Part shown: one piece after another, positions 12,001 through 24,000 of the stretch
Layout of the letters: each line of letters starts with the position of its first letter
Numbering within the stretch: the first letter of the stretch is position 1
Made by a program: the position numbers and the translations under genes
The notes under the pieces: model-generated
The model's input: only the letters and a program-made list of their open reading frames with translations
The model's database searches: none
What the model was told of the DNA's origin: nothing
Origin: Eledone cirrhosa
Lineage: Eukaryota
DNA: 64,000 nucleotides
Assembly (NCBI GenBank): GCA_964016885.1
Contig: OZ024744.1
Coordinates: 107,632,001-107,696,000, forward strand
Reading direction: 5' to 3'

Positions 12001-15000
12001 TCCAGTAGAGACAAGAGACTGGTTTTGGATGGAGTGTCCAGTAGAGACAAGGGACTGGTTGTTGGATGGAGTGTCCAGCAGAGACAAGGGACTGGTTGTT
12101 GGATGGAGTGTCCAGTAGAGACAAGAGACTGGTTGTTGGATGGAGTGTCCAGCAGAGACAAGAGACTGGTTGTTGGATGGAGTGTCCAACAGAGACAAGG
12201 GAGTGGTTGTTGGATGTAGTGTCCAGTAGAGACAAGAGACTGGTTTTGGATGGAGTGTCCAGTAGAGACAAGGGACTGGTTGTTGGATGGAGTGTCCAGT
12301 AGAGACAAGAGACTGGTTGTTGGATGGAGTCTCCAGTAGAGACAAGAGACTGGTTGTTGGAAGGAGTGTCCAGTAGAGACAAGGGACTGGTTGTTGGATG
12401 GAGTGTCCAGTAGAGACAAGGGACTGGTTGTTGGATGGAGTGTCCAGTAGAGACAAGATACTGGTTGTTGGATGGAGTGTCCAGTAGAGACAAGATACTG
12501 GTTGTTGGATGGAGTGTCCAGTAGAGACAAGAGACTGGTTTTGGATGGAGTGTCCAGTAGAGACAAGGGACTGGTTGTTGGATGGAGTGTCCAGTAGAGA
12601 CAAGGGACTGGTTGTTGGATGGAGTGTCCAGTAGAGACAAGGGACTGGTTGTTGGATGGAGTGTCCAGTAGAGACAAGATACTGGTTGTTGGATGGAGTG
12701 TCCAGTAGAGACAAGAGACTGGTTTTGGATGGAGTGTCCAGTAGAGACAAGGGACTGGTTGTTGGATGGAGTGTCCAGTAGAGACAAGGGACTGGTTGTT
12801 GGATGGAGTGTCCAGTAGAGACAAGAGACTGGTTGTTGGATGGAGTGTCCAGTAGAGACAAGAGACTGGTTGTTGGATGGAGTGTCCAGCAGAGACAAGA
12901 GACTGGTTGTTGGATGGAGTGTCCAGTAGAGACAAGAGACTGGTTGTTGGATGGAGTGTCCAGTAGAGACAAGAGACTGGTTGTTGGATGGAGTGTCCAG
13001 CAGAGACGAGAGACTGGTTGTTGGATGGAGTGTCCAGCAGAGACAAGAGACTGGTTGTTGGATGGAGTGTCCAGTAGAGACAAGAGACTGGTTGTTGGAT
13101 GGAGTGTCCAGTAGAGACAAGAGACTGGTTGTTGGATGGAGTGTCCAGCAGAGACAAGAGACTGGTTGTTGGATGGAGTGTCCAGCAGAGACGAGAGACT
13201 GGTTGTTGGATGGAGTGTCCAGCAGAGACGAGAGACTGGTTGTTGGATGGAGTGTCCAGCAGAGACAAGAGACTGGTTGTTGGATGGAGTGTCCAGCAGA
13301 GACGAGAGACTGGTTGTTGGATGGAGTGTCCAGCAGAGACAAGAGACTGGTTGTTGGATGGAGTGTCCAGTAGAGACAAGAGACTGGTTGTTGGATGGAG
13401 TGTCCAGTAGAGACAAGAGACTGGTTGTTGGATGGAGTGTCCAGTAGAGACAAGAGACTGGTTGTTGGATGGAGTGTCCAGTAGAGACAAGGGACTGGTT
13501 GTTGGATGTAGTGTCCAGTAGAGACATGAGACTGGTTGTTGGATGGAGTGTCCAGTAGAGACAAGAGACTGGTTGTTGGATGGAGTGTCCAGTAGAGACA
13601 AGAGACTGGTTGTTGGATGGAGTGTCCAGTAGAGACAAGGTACTGGTTGTTGGATGGAGTGTCTAGTAGAGACAAGAGACTGGTTGTTGGATGGAGTGTC
13701 CAGTAGAGGCAAGATACTGGTTGTTGGATGGAGTGTCCAGTAGAGACAAGAGACTGGTTGTTGGATGGAGTGTCCAGTAGAGACAAGAGACTGGTTGTTG
13801 GATGGAGTGTCAAGTAGAGACTAGAGACTGGTTGTTGGATGGAGTGTCCAGTAGAGACAAGAGACTGGTTGTTGGATGGAGTGTCCAGTAGAGACAAGAG
13901 ACTGGTTGTTGGATGGAGTGTCAAGTAGAGACTAGAGACTGGTTGTTGGATGGAGTGTCCAGTAGAGACAAGAGACTGGTTGTTGGATGGAGTGTCCAGT
14001 AGAGACAAGAGACTGGTTGTTGGATGGAGTGTCCAGTAGAGACAAGAGACTGGTTGTTGGATGGAGTCTCCAGTAGAGACAAGGTACTGGTTGTTGGATG
14101 GAGTGTCCAGTAGAGACAAGGGAGTGGTTGTTGGATGGAGTGTCCAGTAGAGACAAGAGACTGGTTGTTGGATGGAGTGTCCAGTAGAGACAAGAGACTG
14201 GTTGTTGGATGGCGTGTCCAGTAGAGACAAGAGACTGGTTGTTGGATGGAGTCTCCAGTAGAGACAAGAGACTGGTTGTTGGATGGAGTGTCCAGTAGAG
14301 ACAAGGGACTGGTTGTTGGATGGAGTCTCCAGTAGAGACAAGGGTGTGGTTGTTGGATGGAGTGTCCAGTAGAGACAAGAGACTGGTTGTTGGATGGAGT
14401 GTCCAGTAGAGACAAGAGACTGGTTGTTGGATGGCGTGTCCAGTAGAGACAAGAGACTGGTTGTTGGATGGAGTGTCCAGTAGAGACAAGGTACTGGTTG
14501 TTGGATGGAGTGTCCAGTAGAGACAAGGGAGTGGTTGTTGGATGGAGTGTCCAGTAGAGACAAGAGACTGGTTGTTGGATGGAGTGTCCAGTAGAGACAA
14601 GAGACTGGTTGTTGGATGGAGTGTCCAGTAGAGACAAGGTACTGGTTGTTGGATGGAGTGTCCAGTAGAGACAAGGGAGTGGTTGTTGGATGGAGTGTCC
14701 AGTAGAGACAAGAGACTGGTTGTTGGATGGAGTGTCCAGTAGAGACAAGAGACTGGTATTTGGATGGAGTGTCCAGTAGAGACAAGAGACTGGTTGTTGG
14801 ATGGAGTGTCCAGTAGAGACAAGGGACTGGTTGTTGGATGGAGTGTCCAGTAGAGACAAGAGACTGGTTGTTGGATGGAGTGTCCAGTAGAGACAAGAGA
14901 CTGGTTGTTGGATGGAGTGTCCAGTAGAGACAAGAGACTGGTTGTTGGATGGAGTCTCCAGTAGAGACAAGGTACTGGTTGTTGGATGGAGTGTCCAGTA

Positions 15001-18000
15001 GAGACAAGGGAGTGGTTGTTGGATGGAGTGTCCAGTAGAGACAAGAGACTGGTTGTTGGATGGAGTGTCCAGTAGAGACAAGAGACTGGTTGTTGGATGG
15101 AGTGTCCAGTAGAGACAAGAGACTGGTTGTTGGATGGAGTGTCCAGTAGAGACAAGAGACAGGTTGTTGGATGGAGTGTCCAGCAGAGACAAGAGACTGG
15201 TTGTTGGATGGAGTGTCCAGTAGAGACAAGGGACTGGTTGTTGGATGGAGTGTCTAGTAGAGACAAGGGACTGGTTGTTGGATGGAGTGTCCAGTAGAGA
15301 CAAGAGACTGGTTGTTGGATGGAGTGTCCAGTAGAGACAAGAGACTGGTTGTTTGATGGAGTGTCCAGTAGAGACAAGAGACTGGTTGTTGGATGGAGTG
15401 TCCAGTAGAGACAAGAGACTGGTTGTTGGATGGAGTGTCCAGTAGAGACAAGAGACTGGTTGTTGGATGGAGTGTCCAGTAGAGACAAGGGACTGGTTGT
15501 TGGATGGAGTGTCTAGTAGAGACAAGGGACTGGTTGTTGGATGGAGTGTCCAGTAGAGACAAGAGACTGGTTGTTGGATGGAGTGTCCAGTAGAGACAAG
15601 AGACTGGTTGTTGGATGGAGTGTCCAGCAGAGACAAGGGACTGGTTGTTGGATGAAGTGTCCAGCAGAGACAAGAGACTGGTTGTTGGATGGAGTGTCTA
15701 GTAGAGACAAGAGACTGGTTGTTGGATGGAGTGTCCAGCAGAGACAAGAGACTGGTTGTTGGATGGAGTGTCAAGTAGAGACAAGGGACTGGTTGTTGGA
15801 TGGAGTCTCCAGTAGAGACAAGAGACTGGTTGTTGGATGGAGTGTCCAGTAGAGACAAGGGACTGGTTGTTGGATGGAGTGTCCAGTAGAGACAAGGGAC
15901 TGGTTGTTGGATGGAGTGTCTAGTAGAGACAAGGGACTGGTTGTTGGATGGAGTGTCCAGTAGAGACAAGGGACTGGTTGTTGGATGGAGTGTCTAGTAG
16001 AGACAAGGGACTGGTTGTTGGATGGAGTGTCCAGTAGAGACAAGAGACTGGTTGTTGGATGGAGTGTCCAGTAGAGACAAGAGACTGGTTGTTGGATGGA
16101 GTGTCCAGCAGAGACAAGGGACTGGTTGTTGGATGAAGTGTCCAGCAGAGACAAGAGACTGGTTGTTGGATGGAGTGTCTAGTAGAGACAAGAGACTGGT
16201 TGTTGGATGGAGTGTCCAGTAGAGACAAGGGACTGGTTGTTGGATGGAGTGTCCAGTAGAGACAAGGGACTGGTTGTTGGATGGAGTCTCCAGTAGAGAC
16301 AAGGGACTGGTTGTTGGATGTAGTGTCCAGTAGAGACAAGAGACTGGTTGTTGGATGGAGTGTCAAGTAGAGACAAGGGACTGGTTGTTGGATGGAGTGT
16401 CCAGTAGAGACAAGGGACTGGTTGTTGGATGGAGTGTCCAGTAGAGACAAGAGACTGGTTGTCAGATGGAGTGTCCAGTAGAGACAAGGGACTGGTTGTT
16501 GGATGGAGTCTCCAGTAGAGACAAGAGACTGGTTGTTGGATGGAATGTCCAGTAGAGACAAGGGACTGGTTGTTGGATGGAGTGTCCAGTAGAGACAAGA
16601 GACTGGTTGTTGGATGGAGTGTCCAGCAGAGACAAGGGACTGGTTGTTGGATGGAGTGTCCAGTAGAGACAAGAGACTGGTTGTTGGATGGAGTGTCCAG
16701 CAGAGACAAGAGACTGGTTGTTGGATGGAGTGTCCAGTAGAGACAAGAGACTGGTTGTTGGATGGAGTGTCCAGTAGAGACAAGGGACTGGTTGTTGGAT
16801 GGAGTGTCCAGTAGAGACAAGGTACTGGTTGTTGGATGGAGTGTCCAGTAGAGACAAGAGACTGGTTGTTGGATGGAGTGTCCAGTAGAGACAAGAGACT
16901 GGTTGTTGGATGGAGTGTCCAGTAGAGACAAGAGACTGGTTGTTGGATGGAGTGTCCAGTAGAGACAAGGGACTGGTTGTTGGATGGAGTGTCCAGTAGA
17001 GACAAGAGACTGGTTGTTGGATGGAGTGTCCAGTAGAGACAAGAGACTGGTTGTTGGATGGAGTGTCCAGTAGAGACAAGAGACTGGTTGTTGGATGGAG
17101 TGTCTAGTAGAGACAAGGTACTGGTTGTTGGATGGAATGTCCAGTAGAGACAAGGGACTGGTTGTTGGATGGAGTGTCAAGTAGAGACAAGAGACTGGTT
17201 GTTGGATGGAGTGTCCAGTAGAGACAAGAGACTGGTTGTTGGACGGAGTGTCCAGTAGAGACAAGAGACTGGTTGTTGGATGGAGTGTCCAGTAGAGACA
17301 AGAGACTGGTTGTTGGATGGAGTGTCCAGTAGAGACAAGGGACTGGTTGTTGGATGGAGTGTCCAGCAGAGACAAGAGACTGGTTGTTGGATGGAGTGTC
17401 CAGCAGAGACAAGAGACAGGTTGTTGGTTGGAGTGTCCAGCAGAGACAAGGGACTGGTTGTTGGATGAAGTGTCCAGTAGAGACAAGGGACTGGTTGTTG
17501 GATGGAGTGTCCAGTAGAGACAAGGGACTGGTTGTTGGATGGAGTGTCCAGTAGAGACAAGGGACTGGTTGTTGGATGGAGTGTCCAGTAGAGACAAGGG
17601 ACTGGTTGTTGGATGGAGTGTCCAGCAGAGACAAGAGACTGGTTGTTGGATGGAGTCTCCAGTAGAGACAAGGGACTGGTTGTTGGATGGAGTGTCCAGT
17701 AGAGACAAGGGACTGGTTGTTGGATGGAGTCTCCAGTAGAGACAAGAGACTGGTTGTTGGATGGAGTGTCCAGTAGAGACAAGGGACTGGTTGTTGGATG
17801 GAGTCTCCAGTAGAGACAAGGGTGTGGTTGTTGGATGGAGTGTCCAGTAGAGACAAGAGACTGGTTGTTGGATGGAGTGTCCAGTAGAGACAAGAGACTG
17901 GTTGTTGGATGGCGTGTCCAGTAGAGACAAGAGACTGGTTGTTGGATGGAGTGTCCAGTAGAGACAATGTACTGGTTGTTGGATGGAGTGTCCAGTAGAG

Positions 18001-21000
18001 ACAAGGGAGTGGTTGTTGGATGGAGTGTCCAGTAGAGACAAGAGACTGGTTGTTGGATGGAGTGTCCAGTAGAGACAAGAGACTGGTTGTTGGATGGAGT
18101 GTCCAGTAGAGACAAGGTACTGGTTGTTGGATGGAGTGTCCAGTAGAGACAAGGGAGTGGTTGTTGGATGGAGTGTCCAGTAGAGACAAGAGACTGGTTG
18201 TTGGATGGAGTGTCCAGTAGAGACAAGAGACTGGTTGTTGGATGGAGTGTCCAGTAGAGACAAGAGACTGGTTGTTGGATGGAGTGTCCAGTAGAGACAA
18301 GGGACTGGTTGTTGGATGGAGTGTCCAGTAGAGACAAGAGACTGGTTGTTGGATGGAGTGTCCAGTAGAGACAAGAGACTGGTTGTTGGATGGAGTGTCC
18401 AGTAGAGACAAGAGACTGGTTGTTGGATGGAGTGTCCAGTAGAGACAAGGTACTGGTTGTTGGATGGAGTGTCCAGTAGAGACAAGGGAGTGGTTGTTGG
18501 ATGGAGTGTCCAGTAGAGACAAGAGACTGGTTGTTGGATGGAGTGTCCAGTAGAGACAAGAGACTGGTTGTTGGATGGAGTGTCCAGTAGAGACAAGAGA
18601 CTGGTTGTTGGATGGAGTGTCCAGTAGAGACAAGAGACAGGTTGTTGGATGGAGTGTCCAGCAGAGACAAGAGACTGGTTGTTGGATGGAGTGTCCAGTA
18701 GAGACAAGGGACTGGTTGTTGGATGGAGTGTCTAGTAGAGACAAGGGACTGGTTGTTGGATGGAGTGTCCAGTAGAGACAAGAGACTGGTTGTTGGATGG
18801 AGTGTCCAGTAGAGACAAGAGACTGGTTGTTGGATGGAGTGTCCAGTAGAGACAAGAGACTGGTTGTTGGATGGAGTGTCCAGTAGAGACAAGAGACTGG
18901 TTGTTGGATGGAGTGTCCAGTAGAGACAAGAGACTGGTTGTTGGATGGAGTGTCCAGTAGAGACAAGGGACTGGTTGTTGGATGGAGTGTCTAGTAGAGA
19001 CAAGGGACTGGTTGTTGGATGGAGTGTCCAGCAGAGACAAGGGACTGGTTGTTGGATGAAGTGTCCAGCAGAGACAAGAGACTGGTTGTTGGATGGAGTG
19101 TCTAGTAGAGACAAGAGACTGGTTGTTGGATGGAGTGTCCAGCAGAGACAAGAGACTGGTTGTTGGATGGAGTGTCAAGTAGAGACAAGGGACTGGTTGT
19201 TGGATGGAGTCTCCAGTAGAGACAAGAGACTGGTTGTTGGATGGAGTGTCCAGTAGAGACAAGGGACTGGTTGTTGGATGGAGTGTCCAGTAGAGACAAG
19301 GGACTGGTTGTTGGATGGAGTGTCTAGTAGAGACAAGGGACTGGTTGTTGGATGGAGTGTCCAGTAGAGACAAGGGACTGGTTGTTGGATGGAGTGTCTA
19401 GTAGAGACAAGGGACTGGTTGTTGGATGGAGTGTCCAGTAGAGACAAGAGACTGGTTGTTGGATGGAGTGTCCAGTAGAGACAAGAGACTGGTTGTTGGA
19501 TGGAGTGTCCAGCAGAGACAAGGGACTGGTTGTTGGATGAAGTGTCCAGCAGAGACAAGAGACTGGTTGTTGGATGGAGTGTCTAGTAGAGACAAGAGAC
19601 TGGTTGTTGGATGGAGTGTCCAGTAGAGACAAGGGACTGGTTGTTGGATGGAGTGTCCAGTAGAGACAAGGGACTGGTTGTTGGATGGAGTCTCCAGTAG
19701 AGACAAGGGACTGGTTGTTGGATGGAATGTCCAGTAGAGACAAGGGACTGGTTGTTGGATGGAGTGTCCAGTAGAGACAAGAGACTGGTTGTTGGATGGA
19801 GTGTCCAGCAGAGACAAGGGACTGGTTGTTGGATGGAGTGTCCAGTAGAGACAAGAGACTTGTTGTTGGATGGAGTGTCCAGCAGAGACAAGAGACTGGT
19901 TGTTGGATGGAGTGTCCAGTAGAGACAAGAGACTGGTTGTTGGATGGAGTGTCCAGTAGAGACAAGGGACTGGTTGTTGGATGGAGTGTCCAGTAGAGAC
20001 AAGGTACTGGTTGTTGGATGGAGTGTCCAGTAGAGACAAGAGACTGGTTGTTGGATGGAGTGTCCAGTAGAGACAAGAGACTGGTTGTTGGATGGAGTGT
20101 CCAGTAGAGACAAGAGACTGGTTGTTGGATGGAGTGTCCAGTAGAGACAAGGGACTGGTTGTTGGATGGAGTGTCCAGTAGAGACAAGAGACTGGTTGTT
20201 GGATGGAGTGTCCAGTAGAGACAAGAGACTGGTTGTTGGATGGAGTGTCCAGTAGAGACAAGAGACTGGTTGTTGGATGGAGTGTCTAGTAGAGACAAGG
20301 TACTGGTTGTTGGATGGAATGTCCAGTAGAGACAAGGGACTGGTTGTTGGATGGAGTGTCAAGTAGAGACAAGAGACTGGTTGTTGGATGGAGTGTCCAG
20401 TAGAGACAAGAGACTGGTTGTTGGACGGAGTGTCCAGTAGAGACAAGAGACTGGTTGTTGGATGGAGTGTCCAGTAGAGACAAGAGACTGGTTGTTGGAT
20501 GGAGTGTCCAGTAGAGACAAGGGACTGGTTGTTGGATGGAGTGTCCAGCAGAGACAAGAGACTGGTTGTTGGATGGAGTGTCCAGCAGAGACAAGAGACA
20601 GGTTGTTGGTTGGAGTGTCCAGCAGAGACAAGGGACTGGTTGTTGGATGAAGTGTCCAGTAGAGACAAGGGACTGGTTGTTGGATGGAGTGTCCAGTAGA
20701 GACAAGGGACTGGTTGTTGGATGGAGTGTCCAGTAGAGACAAGGGACTGGTTGTTGGATGGAGTGTCCAGTAGAGACAAGGGACTGGTTGTTGGATGGAG
20801 TGTCCAGCAGAGACAAGAGACTGGTTGTTGGATGGAGTCTCCAGTAGAGACAAGGGACTGGTTGTTGGATGGAGTGTCCAGTAGAGACAAGGGACTGGTT
20901 GTTGGATGGAGTGTCCAGTAGAGACAAGATACTGGTTGTTGGATGGAGTGTCCAGTAGAGACAAGGGACTGGTTGTTGGATGGAGTGTCCAGTAGAGGCA

Positions 21001-24000
21001 AGGGACTGGTTGTTGGATGGAGTGTCCAGCAGAGGCAAGGGACTGGTTGTTGGATGGAGTGTCCAGTAGAGACAAGAGACTGGTTGTTGGATGGAGTGTC
21101 CAGTAGAGACAAGAGACTGGTTGTTGGATGGAGTGTCCAGTAGAGACAAGAGACTGGTTGTTGGATGGAGTGTCCAGTAGAGACAAGAGACTGGTTGTTG
21201 GATGGAGTGTCCAGTAGAGACAAGAGACTGGTTGTTGGATGGAGTGTCCAGTAGAGACAAGAGACTGGTTGTTGGATGGAGTCTCCAGTAGAGACAAGAG
21301 ACTGGTTGTTGGATGGAGTCTCCAGTAGAGACAAGGGACTGGTTGTTGGATGGAGTGTCCAGTAGAGACAAGAGACTGGTTGTTGGATGGAGTGTCCAGC
21401 AGAGACAAGGGACTGGTTGTTGGATGGAGTGTCCAGTAGAGACAAGATACTGGTTGTTGGATGGAGTGTCCAGTAGAGACAAGGGACTGGTTGTTGGATG
21501 TAGTGTCCAGCAGAGACAAGAGACTGGTTGTTGGATGGAGTGTCTAGTAGAGACAAGGGACTGGTTGTTGGATGGAGTGTCCAGTAGAGACAAGATACTG
21601 GTTGTTGGATGGAGTGTCCAGTAGAGACAAGGGACTGGTTGTTGGATGGAGTGTCCAGTAGAGACAAGATACTGGTTGTTGGATGGAGTGTCCAGTAGAG
21701 ACAAGGGACTGGTTGTTGGATGGAGTGTCCAGTAGAGACAAGAGACTGGTTGTTGGATGGAGTCTCCAGTAGAGACAAGGGACTGGTTGTTGGATGGAGT
21801 GTCCAGTAGAGACAAGATACTGGTTGTTGGATGGAGTGTCCAGTAGAGACAAGGGACTGGTTGTTGGATGTAGTGTCCAGCAGAGACAAGGGACTGGTTG
21901 TTGGATGTAGTGTCCAGTAGAGACAAGATACTGGTTGTTGGATGGAGTCTCCAGTAGAGACAAGGTACTGGTTGTTGGATGGAGTGTCCAGTAGAGATAA
22001 GAGACTGGTTGTTGGATGGAGTGTCCAGCAGAGACAAGTGACTGGTTGTTGGATGGAGTGTCTAGTAGAGACAAGAGACTGGTTGTTGGATGGAGTGTCC
22101 AGTAGAGACAAGAGACTGGTTGTTGGATGGAGTGTCCAGTAGAGATAAGGGACTGGTTGTTGGATGGAGTGTCCAGTAGAGACAAGAGACTGGTTGTTGG
22201 ATGGAGTGTCCAGTAGAGACAAGAGACTGGTTGTTGGATGGAGTGTCCAGCAGAGACGAGAGACTGGTTGTTGGATGGAGTGTCCAGCAGAGACAAGAGA
22301 CTGGTTGTTGGATGGAGTGTCCAGTAGAGACAAGAGACTGGTTGTTGGATGGAGTGTCCAGTAGAGACAAGAGACTGGTTGTTGGATGGAGTGTCCAGTA
22401 GAGACAAGATACTGGTTGTTGGATGGAGTGTCCAGCAGAGACAAGTGACTGGTTGTTGGATGGAGTGTCCAGTAGAGACAAGAGACTGGTTGTTGGATGG
22501 AGTGTCCAGCAGAGACAAGAGACTGGTTGTTGGATGGAGTGTCCAGTAGAGGCAAGATACTGGTTGTTGGATGGAGTGTCCAGTAGAGGCAAGAGACTGG
22601 TTGTTGGATGGAGTGTCCAGTAGAGACAAGAGACTGGTTGTTGGATGGAGTGTCAAGTAGAGACTAGAGACTGGTTGTTGGATGGAGTGTCCAGTAGAGA
22701 CAAGAGACTGGTTGTTGGATGGAGTGTCCAGTAGAGACAAGGTACTGGTTGTTGGATGGAGTGTCCAGTAGAGACAAGGGACTGGTTGTTGGATGGAGTG
22801 TCCAGTAGAGACAAGAGACTGGTTGTTGGATGGAGTGTCCAGTAGAGACAAGAGACTGGTTGTTGGATGTAGTGTCCAGTAGAGACAAGGGACTGATTGT
22901 TGGATGGAGTGTCCAGTAGAGACAAGAGACTGGTTGTTGGATGGAGTGTCCAGTAGAGATAAGAGACTGGTTGTTGGATGGAGTGTCCAGTAGAGACAAG
23001 AGACTGGTTGTTGGATGGAGTGTCCAGTAGAGACAAGAGACTGGTTGTTGGATGTAGTGTCCAGTAGAGACAAGGGACTGATTGTTGGATGGAGTGTCCA
23101 GTAGAGACAAGAGACTGGTTGTTGGATGGAGTGTCCAGTAGAGATAAGAGACTGGTTGTTGGATGGAGTGTCCAGTAGAGACAAGAGACTGGTTGTTGGA
23201 TGTAGTGTCCAGTAGAGACAAGGGACTGATTGTTGGATGGAGTGTCCAGTAGAGACAAGAGACTGGTTGTTGGATGGAGTGTCCAGTAGAGATAAGAGAC
23301 TGGTTGTTGGATGGAGTGTCCAGTAGAGACAAGAGACTGGTTGTTGGATGGAGTGTCCAGTAGAGACAAGGCACTGGTTGTTGGATGGAGTGTCCAGCAG
23401 AGACAAGGGACTGGTTGTTGGATGGAGTGTCCAGTAGAGACAAGAGACTGGTTGTTGGATGGAGTGTCCAGCAGAGACAAGGGACTGGTTGTTGGATGGA
23501 GTGTCCAGTAGAGACAAGAGACTGGTTGTTGGATGGAGTGTCCAGTAGAGACAAGAGACTGGTTGTTGGATGTAGTGTCCAGTAGAGACAAGGTACTGGT
23601 TGTTGGATGGAGTGTCCAGTAGAGACAAGAGACTGGTTGTTGGATGGAGTGTCCAGTAGAGATAAGGGACTGGTTGTTGGATGGAGTCTCCAGTAGACAC
23701 AAGAGACTGGTTGTTGGATTTAGTGTCCAACAGTGACAAGGGACTGGTTGTTGGTTGGAGTGTCCAGTAGAGACAAGAGACTGGTTGTTGGATGGAGTGT
23801 CCAGTAGAGACAAGGGACTGGTTGTTGGATGGAGTGTCCAGTAGAGACAAGAGACTGGTTTTTGGATGGAGTGTCCAGCAGAGACAAGGGAGTGGTTGTT
23901 GGATGGAGTGTCCAGTAGAGACAAGAGACTGGTTGTTGGATGGAGTGTCCAGTAGAGACAAGGGACTGGTTGTTGGATGGAGTGTCCAGTAGAGACAAGA

